Source: Candidatus Eiseniibacteriota bacterium
Lineage (GTDB): Bacteria; Eisenbacteria; RBG-16-71-46; CAZEPH01
Direction of reading: 5' to 3'
Length of the DNA stretch: 64,000 nucleotides
Assembly: GCA_044229145.1 (NCBI GenBank)
Contig: JBGATO010000006.1
Location: forward strand, 1 to 64,000
Shown: one piece after another, positions 54,002 to 64,000 of the stretch
How the letters are laid out: every line of letters begins with the position of its first letter
Position numbering within the stretch: the first letter of the stretch is position 1
Notes under the pieces: model-generated
Database searches by the model: none
Told to the model about the DNA's origin: nothing
The model's input: the letters and a program-made list of their open reading frames with translations, nothing else
Program-made: the position numbers and the translations under genes

Positions 54002-56947
54002 TCAGCGGTTGCCGGCAGCGCGCTCGAGATCGCGAAGATCGCGCGCCAGCGCTTCGAGTTCCTGCCCGGCGGCTCCTGCCTTGCCCTCGCCCATCAACTG
54101 CTGATAGCGGCGCAGGTGCTCGGCGGCCGAGCGCACCCGCGCAGGATCGGCGCCGCTGGTCCGTGCGGCGGCACGCACTCGCGCTGCGGCCGGCAGGGCG
54201 GCGGATGCCGGAACAGCGACCGTATCGCCGACCGCGGCCGGGGCCATCGCTCCCACCTGCGGACCGAACAGATCGCTCAGCGCTTCCTCCAGCGAATTAC
54301 CGTAGCCGATGTCCTTTTGCGTCGCCACGATCACCCGCTTGAGTTCGGGAATCTTGCCGCCGGTCGACTGGATGTACAACGGCTCGATGTAGAGGAACGA
54401 CGCATCGATGGGCACCGCCAGCAGGTTTCCGCGCAGCACCTGCGATCCCTGCTGGTTCCAGAGCGTGAGATCCTTCGAGATCGTCGCGTCCTGATCGATG
54501 CGCGCTTCGATCTGTCGCGGTCCGTACGCGATCGTGCCCTTCGGCAGATGGTACGCGAGGATGCGCCCGTAGCGGTCGCCGTCGCAGAGGCCGGCGACCC
54601 ACGCGATCATGTTGTCCTTGTCGCGCGGCGTGAGTGGCAGCATTTGCAGATATTCGGCGCGCGGCTCATCGGGCAGGCGCATGAGCATGTAGTAGGGAAT
54701 GACCGGCACCCGATTGTCGCCATCGGGCTGGTCGTGCACTTCGGTGCTGCCCTCCCACACGTCCTCGTGGTTGTAAAAGGTGACCGGATCCTTGACGTGG
54801 AACGTGCCGTAGACCTGCGCCTGCATCGCCAGCATGTCTTCGGGATAGCGATAGTGCGCGCGCACGGCGGCCGGCACTTGCGCGGCGGGCGCGAAGAGCT
54901 CGGGGAAGATGGCGCGGTAGGTGCGCACCAGCGGATCGCTTTCGTCGGTGACGAAGAACCGCACCGTGCCGTCGTAGCAATCCACCGTCGCCTTCACCGA
55001 GTTGCGCATGTAGTTGAGGCCGTTGTAGCGCGCCGCGTACGGGAAGCGCTCGCTGGTCGTGTAGTAGTCGCGCACCATGGTGAGCCCGCCGTCGCCGCGC
55101 ACGATGGCGTAGGGATCACGATCCGCCCGCAGGAACGGCGCCAGCTTGCCCAGCCGCGTATCGATGTCGCGGTCGAACAGGATGCGCGTGTCGGCACCGA
55201 TGTACGACGACAGGAAGAACTTCGCCGTGTGATAGCGCAGCGCGAAGGCAATGCGCCTGAGCGACAACGTCTGTCCGAGCGTAATCCCGGCGGAGCCTTG
55301 ATACGTCGTGAAGATGTTGTCGTCGCCGCGCGGATAGTCGAACTCCTGCTGCCCGTGCGCGCGCACCATCACCGGATGCGTGGTGAGTTCGCCGAAGTAG
55401 ATCTGCGGACGCGTGAGATGCAACTCGCGCACCGTCGACACCGGCGGCAGGTCGCGCACGTACAACTCCGGAATGCCTTCCGGCGTGAACGCATTCACGC
55501 TCGAGATGCACGCGCCATAGCCGTGCGTGTAGATGAACCAGCGATTGATGTCCCACCCGTTGGAGCCGGCCGCCTGCGGCACCTTGGTGTGATCGAGTTC
55601 GCGCAGCGACAGCATCACCATGCGCTGCTGCCCGTCGATCGTGTAGCGATCGAGGTCGATATCGGCGAAGCGATAGTAGGTGCGCAGGGTTTGCAGCTGA
55701 TTGAAGGTGTGCTGCAGCGGCCGCCAGTCGGCCAGCCGCAAGTTGCTGATGGTGGTGCGATCGCGCGCTACTTCCTCGGCGGACGGATCGCGCGGCTCGG
55801 GGAAGTCGCGCACCGTGACATGCATCGAATCGAGACCCCACGCTTCGCGTGTCATCTCGAGGTGGCGCTTGATGTACGGCAACTCGGCGCGCAACTGCTC
55901 GGGGCGAATCGCCAGCGCATCGTAGACGGACGGAATGACGCCGAGCTCGAGCACGCCGCTCGCAATGACGAACCCCGCCAGCGCGATCACGAAGCGCCGG
56001 TTGCGCGGCCCGACGATCGCCAGCACGAGGCCCGCCACCAGCAGCGTCACGGCGAAAATCGCCAGCAAGTCCGCGCCGAGCCGCGCGTCCACGGCCGACA
56101 CGCCGACCAGCGGCCCGCGCCGGCTGTAGACGAGTTCGTAGCGCGAGATCCACGCGCTGTTCGCCCAGCACACCAACAGCAGGCCGACCAGCACGCTGAG
56201 ATGGCGTGCGCCACGCCGCAGGTGATCGATCCACGTGCCCTGCGTCAACCCTGCGATCGCCGCCGGCAACACGTACAGCACTGCGGTGCTGATGATGCAG
56301 GCGAGCACCACACCGATCGCCCAATTCACCAGAGCGCTCCACGCCGGCAAGGTGAAGACGAAGAAGGCGACGTCGCGGTGGAACTGCGGGTCGCGCACGC
56401 CGAAGGGCTGTTGGTGCAGCGCGGTGAGGAACGTCCACCACGCGGAGCCGAGACCGCTCCCGAGCACGAACGCGAGGAACACGAGGATCACCAGTCGCAG
56501 GCGGTCGAGCGTCTGGGCGAGCTGCGAGGCACCGGCCGCCGGATTCAAGCGGCCGCTGGCGATGTCGATGATCTCGGGTTCGCCCGGGCGGCCGCCGCCG
56601 CGCGGCGGGTGGAAACGCGGTCCATTCGGCATCTGCGGGCGGTGCCCGCGCGCCAGCACCGCGTTGAGCCACAGCAAGAGGAACGACACCACGATGCCGC
56701 CGATGCTGAGGCCGCCCTTCGCGGTGAATTCGGTCCAGAACCGTTGCTCGGCGTGTAGTTCGCGAAACCACAGGGCGTCGACGTATACCGACAAGGCACT
56801 CTGGAAGAGGACGAGGAGCAGCACGAGCGCCACGCTGATGCGCACCGCGCCGCCGACCTTCACCTCTTCGCCACGGCCGCGCCGCGACAGCGCACGGAGG
56901 GCCGGCAGGGCGGCGAGGACATAGAGGAGCAACACCAGCACGTCCAT
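54002..56947 (-). CDS. UPF0182 family membrane protein
   Basis: DALWF, FGVRDPQFHRDVAFFVFTLP, YTHGYG, PQIYFGE, NYMRNSVKA, RYPED, GNLLAVP, PELKRVIV. Confidence 0.92.
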   Translation of the reverse strand: MDVLVLLLYVLAALPALRALSRRGRGEEVKVGGAVRISVALVLLLVLFQSALSVYVDALWFRELHAEQRFWTEFTAKGGLSIGGIVVSFLLLWLNAVLARGHRPQMPNGPRFHPPRGGGRPGEPEIIDIASGRLNPAAGASQLAQTLDRLRLVILVFLAFVLGSGLGSAWWTFLTALHQQPFGVRDPQFHRDVAFFVFTLPAWSALVNWAIGVVLACIISTAVLYVLPAAIAGLTQGTWIDHLRRGARHLSVLVGLLLVCWANSAWISRYELVYSRRGPLVGVSAVDARLGADLLAIFAVTLLVAGLVLAIVGPRNRRFVIALAGFVIASGVLELGVIPSVYDALAIRPEQLRAELPYIKRHLEMTREAWGLDSMHVTVRDFPEPRDPSAEEVARDRTTISNLRLADWRPLQHTFNQLQTLRTYYRFADIDLDRYTIDGQQRMVMLSLRELDHTKVPQAAGSNGWDINRWFIYTHGYGACISSVNAFTPEGIPELYVRDLPPVSTVRELHLTRPQIYFGELTTHPVMVRAHGQQEFDYPRGDDNIFTTYQGSAGITLGQTLSLRRIAFALRYHTAKFFLSSYIGADTRILFDRDIDTRLGKLAPFLRADRDPYAIVRGDGGLTMVRDYYTTSERFPYAARYNGLNYMRNSVKATVDCYDGTVRFFVTDESDPLVRTYRAIFPELFAPAAQVPAAVRAHYRYPEDMLAMQAQVYGTFHVKDPVTFYNHEDVWEGSTEVHDQPDGDNRVPVIPYYMLMRLPDEPRAEYLQMLPLTPRDKDNMIAWVAGLCDGDRYGRILAYHLPKGTIAYGPRQIEARIDQDATISKDLTLWNQQGSQVLRGNLLAVPIDASFLYIEPLYIQSTGGKIPELKRVIVATQKDIGYGNSLEEALSDLFGPQVGAMAPAAVGDTVAVPASAALPAAARVRAAARTSGADPARVRSAAEHLRRYQQLMGEGKAGAAGQELEALARDLRDLERAAGNR

Positions 56948-57054
56948 CACACTCTCCTTCGACCGCGCACGGAGGCGCCGGGGCGGCGCGCGGGGCACGG
57001 CAGCCGCCAAGGATAGACCAACCTCGCCCCGGCTGCTAATCTCGCCGCCGCCCT

Positions 57055-58807
57055 ATGGTCCCGCCCCGCTCCGACGCCGACGACCCCATCCGGGTCCCCC
57101 CGCCTCCGGCCGCCACCCCTCCGGCTGGCCCCGACTTGCCCGAGCGCTACCGGCGGGAGCGCGCGCTCGGCGAACTCGCCGAGGAACTGCTCCGGGTCAG
57201 CGACACCCCGAAGGCCTTGCGCGCCGCCCTCGACTTCGCCCTCGAACTCTATGCGGCGGACGGCGGCTGGGTGCTGCTGCGCGACTCGGCGGACGGTCCG
57301 CTGACCCGCGCCGCGTCACGCGGCCCGGCGGCGCCCGACGCGGCGACCTTGGAGCTGGTGGCGGCGTTCATCGCGCAACGCCGACCGTCGCTTCCGGCCA
57401 CCGTGATCCTGGCGCCGGTGGCGCGCGGCGGACGCACGATCGGCGCCCTCGCGCTGCAGCGCGCGCAGCCGTTCGCGCGCGGCGACGGTCGATTCCTCAC
57501 CCGCATCTCCCACCGGCTCGGGCAAGAGATCGAGCGGCGGGAGGAACAGCGCGTCATCGCGGTGCTCGAACGTATCAGCGCCAAGATCGTGCAGGAACTG
57601 CGACCGAACGATCTCGTCTACCAGCTGCTGCATGGCCTGCGCGCGCTGCTCCGCTACGACCACAGCTCCGCGCTGTTCGTCCCCGGGCCGACGCCGGACA
57701 CGCTCGTGTTGCGCGCCGAACAAATCGCGTGGACGAAGGGCAAGAGCGCGGAGATTGGACGCGCGGTGACGCTGGACAACGTACTGACGCGGCTGCCGGT
57801 CCGCGATGGCGACGGCGTCCACGCGCTGGTGCGCGGCCGCGACGGCCGGACCGGCGTGATGCCGTGGATGACGCTGGCGCCGCGACTCGCGGCGCGGCGC
57901 GGCACCCGCCGAGCAGGCGATGCTCGTGGTGCCGCTGTGGTACAAGGGGCGGCTCCTCGGCGTCCTCAAAGTCTCCTCGACCGACCCGGCGTTCTTCGGC
58001 GACCGCGAGCAGCGTTTGGCGGAGCGCCTCTTGCCGTTCGCGGTGGCGGCGCTCGCGCATGCCGAGGCGGCGATTCGCTTCGAGGAACAGATCGTCGAAA
58101 CCGAGAAGCGCGCCGCGCTGAGCGATCTGGCCCGCGGCGTGGCGCACGACGTCAATAACGCGCTCGGCGCCATCCTGCCGCTCGCCGACCAGCTGCGGGA
58201 CGAAGCCGAGCGCGGCGAACTCGATGTCGCGGACGCGGCCGCCGACCTCGCCGAGATTGCCCGCGCCGCCCGCACGGCCAAGCGCATCATGACCGGCATG
58301 CTGCACTACGCGCGCGGCGGCGCCGCGCCGCGCGAGCGCGTGGACGTCGCGCGCGCCATCGACGCCGCCACGCACCTGGTGGCCGCGCGTCTCGCCGAGC
58401 GCGCGATCCAACTTGAGCGCGTGGTGGCTCCCGACGCCGACGCGGTCTACGCCGCGCAAACGCAGGTCGAACGCATCCTGCTCAACCTGCTGCTCAACGC
58501 CATCGACGCGTCGCCGGACGGCGGCACCGTCACCGTCCGCGCCATCCGCGACGTCGACGCCAGCACCGGCACCGCGCGCGTCAAGCTCACCGTCGAAGAC
58601 CACGGCACCGGAATCCCGTCCGCCCTGCTCGCGCAGGTCGAAGAGCCGTTCTTCACGACCAAGCCAGGCGGAACAGGCTTGGGTCTGGCGATCGTGCGGT
58701 CGCTGGCGTGGGAGAACGGCGGGCGGCTCGCCATCGACACCAGCCCGGCCGGCACCTGCGTGCACGTCACGCTGATGGCGGCGACCGGAGGACGCGATGG
58801 CGCGTGA
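57055..58807 (+). pseudogene. GAF-containing sensor histidine kinase split by a frameshift near 57840-57900
   Basis: GAF-like domains in the 57055 frame; the rest of the GAF and the kinase (AHDVNNALG, NLLLNAIDA, DHGTGI, PFFTTK, GTGLGL) lie in the +1 frame (ORF 57920-58807). Confidence 0.8.
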
Positions 58808-59960
58808 GCACATCGTCGTGGTCGACGACGAGCCGGGCGTGCGTCGCGCCATCGAGCGCATCCTGCGTAACCGCGCGCAGGTGACCGCAGTGGAAACCGC
58901 GGAGGACGCGCTCGCCGTGCTCGACCGCGAACCGGCGGACCTGGTGCTCGCCGACGTGCGATTGCCCGGCATCGACGGACTCGATCTGCTGTCGCGGATC
59001 AAGGAACGCAAGATCGACACCGACGTCATCGTCATGACCGGCTCGTCGGGCGAACGCGATGAATGGCTGCTGCACGCGATCGAGGGCGGCGCCTACTTCT
59101 TCCTCACCAAACCATTCGAACGTTCGGTGCTCGAGGCGCTGGTCGAGCGCTGTTTGGCATCGCGGCGTCTGCGCCGCGCAAATGAACAGCACACGCAACG
59201 CATCGAGGAGAGCCTCGAGCAGGCGCGGCGCTTTCAGGCCAACTTGTATCCCCGGCGCGCGCCGACGGTGCCGGGAGCCCGGGTGGCCGCGCAGGCGCGG
59301 CCGTGCGAATCGCTCGGAGGCGACCTCTACGACTTCGTCGCGCATCCCGAGGGCACACTCGAACTGTTCATCTCCGACGTCTCGGGGCACGGTGTTGGCG
59401 CGGCGATGTTCACGGGAGCGGTCAAGGTTGCGTTCCGCCGCCACGCGCAGCGCGAGGCCCGCGCCGAATCGCTGGTGCACGACCTGCGGCTTGCGGCCGG
59501 CCTCATGGGCGCCGGGAAGTTCGTCACCGCCATCCACGCCGAGTATGACACCACAACGCGCGTGCTCACCTATTGGAACGCCGGGCACCCCGCCTTCGCG
59601 CGCATCTCGGCGACGGGCGATGTGGAGTACGGCGACAGCACCATGCCGATCCTCACGTCGGCCCTGCCCGAAATGCCGCTCGACCGCCGCACGCTGCAAC
59701 TGGCCCCTGGCGACCGCGTGCTGTTCTATAGCGATGGTCTGGTCGAGATGCGCAATCCGCTCAATCACGTGTTCGGGCTCGACACGGTGATCCACACGCT
59801 GCATGGCATGCAGGATGCCTCGCCGGGCGAAACGCTCTACCGCCTCGAAGAATTGGTCGACGCTTTCCGCGCCGGGCGCCCGCTCGAAGACGACGTCACA
59901 CTGCTCTTGCTGGCGGTCGATCCGGCACCACAGGCCGCGGACTTCGAGGATGCGACCTAG
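58797..59960 (+). CDS. Response regulator receiver fused to PP2C/SpoIIE phosphatase
   Basis: VVDDE, LADVRLPGIDG, MTG, TKPF; GGDLYD, DVSGHG, NAGHP, YSDG, DDVT. Confidence 0.92.
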   Translation: MAREHIVVVDDEPGVRRAIERILRNRAQVTAVETAEDALAVLDREPADLVLADVRLPGIDGLDLLSRIKERKIDTDVIVMTGSSGERDEWLLHAIEGGAYFFLTKPFERSVLEALVERCLASRRLRRANEQHTQRIEESLEQARRFQANLYPRRAPTVPGARVAAQARPCESLGGDLYDFVAHPEGTLELFISDVSGHGVGAAMFTGAVKVAFRRHAQREARAESLVHDLRLAAGLMGAGKFVTAIHAEYDTTTRVLTYWNAGHPAFARISATGDVEYGDSTMPILTSALPEMPLDRRTLQLAPGDRVLFYSDGLVEMRNPLNHVFGLDTVIHTLHGMQDASPGETLYRLEELVDAFRAGRPLEDDVTLLLLAVDPAPQAADFEDAT

Positions 59961-60820
59961 CGCGCACTCTCCAGCAAGTCGGCGATGTCGTCTTCCTCGA
60001 GTCCGAGGTAGTGCCCGATCTCATGGATCAACGTCACCGTCAACTCGTCGACGAACTCCTCCGGCGTGCTGCACACGCGTTCGATGTTGCGCCGGAAGAG
60101 CAGCAGTTGCGGACGCTGCTCGGGTGACGGCTCGGGTGACGGCTCGGCGGCAGGCTCGCCCTCCGTCGGCGCGGGCGCGGCGACGTCGACGAGCGCGCCG
60201 GGCAGCAACGGCGAGAGCGGCGGCGTCTCGCTGCGCAGAAACTCGAACGGCGGCAGATCCATCACCGTGATGCCGACTTCCCCGCTGCGCAGCGGCCGGC
60301 GAATATCGGCCGGCAAGTCGTGTGTCGCGGTGTCGAGCAGCTTCTCGAAATCGGCCTCGCTCACCCGCGGCGGGACGAAGAAGCAATCGGCATCGAGTTC
60401 AGCGGCCTTGGCGTAGCAGGCGGCCGCGGCGTCGTCCTCACCGCGCAGTTCGTGCGCGATGGCGAGCCAGTAACGTGCGTCGGGGTTCTCCGGATCGTCG
60501 CGCACCACGGCGCTCAGACCGCGTACACCTTCCTCCAAGCGCAGCAGGCCGATCTGCGAGGCCGCGATGTCGAGACGGATCGAGGGATCGCCCGGATACG
60601 ACGCCAGCGCGCGCGTCAGGTGCTCGAGCGCTTCGCCGTAGACTTCTTGATCGACCAACGCGGCGCCGAGAAGGTAGTGCGCTTCCGGCGCGTCGGGCAG
60701 GAGATCGAGCGCGCGGCGCGCTTCGTCTTCGGCCGCTTCCGGGTCGTCGTCTTCCATCGCGTCCCAACCGTGCTCGAGATACGCCTCGGCGGCGCGACGA
60801 TCCTTGGGGGTGAGTCCCAC
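59957..60820 (-). CDS. TPR-containing zincin-like metallopeptidase family protein
   Basis: AGGAGG RBS + GTG 60820; TPR-like helices; LFRRNIER...TLIHEIGHYLGL (HExxH). Confidence 0.85.
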   Translation of the reverse strand: MGLTPKDRRAAEAYLEHGWDAMEDDDPEAAEDEARRALDLLPDAPEAHYLLGAALVDQEVYGEALEHLTRALASYPGDPSIRLDIAASQIGLLRLEEGVRGLSAVVRDDPENPDARYWLAIAHELRGEDDAAAACYAKAAELDADCFFVPPRVSEADFEKLLDTATHDLPADIRRPLRSGEVGITVMDLPPFEFLRSETPPLSPLLPGALVDVAAPAPTEGEPAAEPSPEPSPEQRPQLLLFRRNIERVCSTPEEFVDELTVTLIHEIGHYLGLEEDDIADLLESAR

Positions 60821-60960
60821 CGGTGTCCTCCTGGTCACCCGCTGATGGTACACAACGGCGCCGGACGGTGCCACACACGGCGCGCAAGGACTGGACGCCA
60901 CCGGCACGGTCTTCGACAATGAGACTCTCGTGGAGTGCGCATGCTTGGAGGAAGGTTCAC

Positions 60961-61587
60961 GTGCCCGGCCCCGCCTATCGCCTCGTCACGTCGCGCCTGG
61001 TGCTGCGATGCCCTGATCCCGCCGACGCGTCACATTTCAAGCGCGCCATCGACGCGAGTCACGAGGCGCTTGCGGCGTGGATGCCGTGGATGCACCCGAC
61101 GCCGGATGTCGCCGGCCTGGTGGCGACCCTGAGGCGATTCCGCGCCGAGTTCGATACCGATGTCTCCTATCCGTACGCGGTGTGGAGCCGGGACGAAGCC
61201 GAGTTGTGGGGCAGTGCGTCGCTGCACCTACGCGTCGGACCGGGCGCGACCGAAATCGGCTATTGGATCCACAGCGCACGCACGGGGCAGGGCTTGGCCA
61301 CCGAGCTGACCGCGGCGCTGACCCGCATCGCCTTCGCGGTCCATGGCTTCTCGCGTGTCGAAATCCACGTCGCGCCGGGCAATCGCGCCAGCCTGCGGGT
61401 GCCCGAGAAGCTCGGGTTCACCCACGAGGCCACGCTCGCTCGCCGCATCGTCATCCCGACGGCGGAGGGTGTCGATGCGGTGCACGACCGGTCGATTTGG
61501 ACGATGTTCGCCGGCGAGTTCGCCGCGTCGCCCTGCGCCGCGGCCGAGGTCCAGGCCTTCGACGCGCTCGGCGATCGGATCCTGTAG
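60961..61587 (+). CDS. GNAT acetyltransferase, RimJ/RimL type
   Basis: TSRLVLR, WMPW, EIGYW...GQGLATE, N.ASLRVPEKLGF. Confidence 0.88.
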   Translation: MPGPAYRLVTSRLVLRCPDPADASHFKRAIDASHEALAAWMPWMHPTPDVAGLVATLRRFRAEFDTDVSYPYAVWSRDEAELWGSASLHLRVGPGATEIGYWIHSARTGQGLATELTAALTRIAFAVHGFSRVEIHVAPGNRASLRVPEKLGFTHEATLARRIVIPTAEGVDAVHDRSIWTMFAGEFAASPCAAAEVQAFDALGDRIL

Positions 61588-61617
61588 CGGCACGCGACGC
61601 GTGGTAGACTTCCGGGC

Positions 61618-62658
61618 ATGAAGGTCCTCCTTGCCACCCCGCGCGGATTCTGCGCCGGCGTCGATCGCGCGATCGACATCGTCGCGCTCGCCCTCGACGT
61701 GTTCGGCCCGCCGGTCTTCGTGCGGCACGAAATCGTCCACAACCGGCACGTCGTGGACCGCCTGCGCGCGCGCGGCGCCGTCTTCGTCGAAGATTTGCAC
61801 GAGGTGCCGGAAGGGTCGATCCTCGTCTTCAGCGCACACGGCGTGGCGCCGGCGGTGCGCGCCGAGGCCACCGCGCGACGGCTGCGCACCATCGACGCCA
61901 CCTGCCCGCTGGTGACCAAGGTGCACTCGGAAGCCGTGCGCTTCGCGCGCGAGGGCTATTCGATCGTGCTCATCGGCCACAAGGGACATCCCGAGGTGGA
62001 CGGCACCATGGGCGAAGTGCCCGGCCACATCACGTTGGTCGAAAACGCCGGCGATGTCGCGGCGCTGCCCGCGGCCGACGAGCCGGTGGCGTATCTGTCG
62101 CAAACCACGCTGTCGGTCGACGAAACGCGGGCCGTCATCGACGCGATTCGCGTGCGCTTCCCGCAGGCGCGCGGCCCGGCGAAGGACGACATCTGCTATG
62201 CCACGTCGAACCGCCAGAGCGCGGTGAAGGAGTTGGCGGCACGCTGCGACGTGGTGTTCGTGGTCGGGTCCAGCACGTCGTCGAACTCGACACGCTTGCG
62301 CGAGGTGGCGGAAGCGTTGGGCGCCCGCGCCTACCTGGTGGAAGAAGCGAGCAACATCGACCCGGCCTGGCTCGATGGCGCGCAGTGCGTCGGCGTGACC
62401 GCCGGTGCCTCCGCGCCGGAGGATTTGGTCGAAGATGTGGTGTCGTGGCTGCGGGCCCATGGTGCCGTCACCGTCGAGGACTTGGTCACCGTGAGCGAGG
62501 ATGTCTACTTCGCGCTGCCCCCCGAGTTGCTCCGTGAGATCGCCGCGCGCGGTGTGGAATCCACCACGCTCGACAAGCACACGGCGCGTCCCGCCACCAT
62601 GCGGCGGCTCGAAGAAACCCGCCGACAGCTCGAGGAGAAGGCGGCCCGCGAGGGTTAG
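61618..62658 (+). CDS. ispH: 4-hydroxy-3-methylbut-2-enyl diphosphate reductase
   Basis: PRGFCAGVDRA, HEIVHN, SAHG, DATCPLVTKVH, HPEV, QTT, DICYATSNRQ, SSNS, GVTAGASAPE. Confidence 0.97.
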   Translation: MKVLLATPRGFCAGVDRAIDIVALALDVFGPPVFVRHEIVHNRHVVDRLRARGAVFVEDLHEVPEGSILVFSAHGVAPAVRAEATARRLRTIDATCPLVTKVHSEAVRFAREGYSIVLIGHKGHPEVDGTMGEVPGHITLVENAGDVAALPAADEPVAYLSQTTLSVDETRAVIDAIRVRFPQARGPAKDDICYATSNRQSAVKELAARCDVVFVVGSSTSSNSTRLREVAEALGARAYLVEEASNIDPAWLDGAQCVGVTAGASAPEDLVEDVVSWLRAHGAVTVEDLVTVSEDVYFALPPELLREIAARGVESTTLDKHTARPATMRRLEETRRQLEEKAAREG

Positions 62659-63665
62659 TCCGCGCGCCGCGCCTCGATTACCGACAGCGGTGAATCCGTC
62701 GCGGTCACGCGTGATACCGCTAATCCCGCCGCGTCACAGAGCTGACGATACTCGTCTGCGGTTCGCTCGCGACCGCCGGCGGTGAGGACCAGCATGTTGA
62801 GATCCATCAGCGTCGCGCGATGCGGCGTGCCGTCGTCCGGCACCAACATTTCGATGATGGCGATGCGTCCGTCGTCGCGCATCGCCTCACGGCAACGGCG
62901 CAGCACCGTGATCGCGTGCGCATCGTCGAGGGCGTGCAGGAAGTACTTGAGTAGATAGAGATCACCAGCGGGCGCGGCATCCGTGAAGACGTCGAGACGG
63001 AGCCGGTGCGCGCGCCCTGTCTCACACAACGTGACGAACGCCGGGTCCAACGTCACGTCCTCGGAGTTGTCGACGAGGATTCCGTGCGCGGCTGGAACCT
63101 CGGCCAGCATGCCGGCCAGCAAGGCGCCGCTGCCTCCGCCCACGTCGACGACGCAGCGCGCATCGGCGATCTGCAGCACCTCGCGGACGGCACGCAGATT
63201 CATGTGCGTCGACACCCGCATCCACGCATCGTACACGGTGCGCTCGGCGGGATGTGCGGCGAGCCAGTCGAAAATCGTCGCGCCCGCCGTGACGCTCAAC
63301 GCTGCCTCGCCGGTGCGAATGCTGTGCGCGAGCGCACCCCACGCCGCGACGTGCACGTCGCTGCCCATGAGCAGCGCGGCATCGCGCACCGAATCCGGCG
63401 CGTCGGCGCGCAACGTCGCACCGAGCCGCGTCAGCGCGTACCCGCGCACCAGATCGCCCTGCGTCACGCCGATCATCGCCAGCACCCGCAGCAAGCGCGC
63501 GAGCGACGGAGCGTGCGTCGCGGTGGCCGCGGCGATGTCCTCGACCGGCCGCGGCGTGTCGCCCATCGCCTCCGGGATGCCGAGCGACACCGCGACATGG
63601 AGCGCGCGCGCCGGCCAGTGACCGACGATCATCTGCAGCATCTGCGCCGCCGGTGGCGGTGTCAT
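62655..63665 (-). CDS. SAM-dependent O-methyltransferase (dimerisation domain + Methyltransf_2)
   Basis: LARLLRVL, VDVGGGSG, YLLKYFLH, DLNMLV..GGRERT..EY. Confidence 0.9.
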   Translation of the reverse strand: MTPPPAAQMLQMIVGHWPARALHVAVSLGIPEAMGDTPRPVEDIAAATATHAPSLARLLRVLAMIGVTQGDLVRGYALTRLGATLRADAPDSVRDAALLMGSDVHVAAWGALAHSIRTGEAALSVTAGATIFDWLAAHPAERTVYDAWMRVSTHMNLRAVREVLQIADARCVVDVGGGSGALLAGMLAEVPAAHGILVDNSEDVTLDPAFVTLCETGRAHRLRLDVFTDAAPAGDLYLLKYFLHALDDAHAITVLRRCREAMRDDGRIAIIEMLVPDDGTPHRATLMDLNMLVLTAGGRERTADEYRQLCDAAGLAVSRVTATDSPLSVIEARRAD

Positions 63666-63684
63666 CGCAGGATCGGCCAACGCG

Positions 63685-64000
63685 TCACTCCACCCAGACT
63701 GTCTTGACGTTGACGAAGGCGCGGATGCCGTCGCGGCCCAGTTCGCGGCCGAAGCCTGACGCCTTGACGCCGCCGAACGGCACACGGGGATCCGACTTCA
63801 CCATCCCGTTCACGAAGACGCAGCCATTCGCGAACTCCGCGGCGAGCCGTGTGCCGCGCGCTCGATCAACGGTCCACAGCGCCGCGCCGAGCCCGAAGCG
63901 ACTCGCGTTGGCGAGCGCCACGGCATCGACGACATCGCGCGCGCGCACCACCGCCGCCACCGGCCCGAACGTTTCCTCGTCGAACGCCGGCATGCCGGGG
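63685..64000 (-). CDS. NAD(P)-dependent aldehyde dehydrogenase (succinate-semialdehyde type), C-terminal part
   Basis: [38 protein letters not shown]; the gene starts beyond the window end. Confidence 0.9.
   Translation of the reverse strand, partial: PGMPAFDEETFGPVAAVVRARDVVDAVALANASRFGLGAALWTVDRARGTRLAAEFANGCVFVNGMVKSDPRVPFGGVKASGFGRELGRDGIRAFVNVKTVWVE

Noticed and set aside
38562..62658. Repeated 4-nt overlaps of convergent stop codons (38562-38565, 59957-59960, 62655-62658)
   Set aside because: A common result of genome compaction; no evidence of a specific function.

Overview
High-GC (roughly 70%, judged by eye) bacterial chromosomal window, densely coding, with no mobile element, CRISPR array or rRNA seen. 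FlgD/T9SS-like C-terminal domains and outer-membrane barrels suggest a diderm FCB-type lineage such as Ca. Eisenbacteria (inference only). The first 32 kb is an anaerobic energy-metabolism region with two convergent operons. (1) On +, a sigma-54 operon with its own PAS-type activator, a -24/-12 promoter and an upstream palindrome encodes a PsrABC/PhsABC-type polysulfide/thiosulfate reductase, two half-size YeeE/YedE proteins, a rhodanese lacking the active-site Cys but ending in a Pro/Ala arm with KKKKEGC, a FadL-family channel, a diheme cytochrome c, a tandem DUF302-like protein and a cupin. (2) On -, a ~17 kb operon encodes an SLC13/ArsB-type transporter (tandemly duplicated), KorA, KorB, an apparently inactive paralog of the PFOR TPP domain, RnfB, a ~1680-aa PFOR with a tethered C-terminal ferredoxin, RnfCDGEA, a 58-aa Cys-rich membrane peptide absent from the ORF track, ApbE and a hemerythrin. 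A heptaheme cytochrome c with a FlgD/T9SS-like tail follows. The remainder holds an OPT transporter (apparent 3' frameshift), a PLP decarboxylase, PP2C signalling genes (one frameshifted kinase), two double beta-propeller secreted proteins, a TonB receptor, feoAB, TetR/VOC, tRNA-Asn, UPF0182, ispH and others. All family calls come from motifs read by eye, not from database searches.
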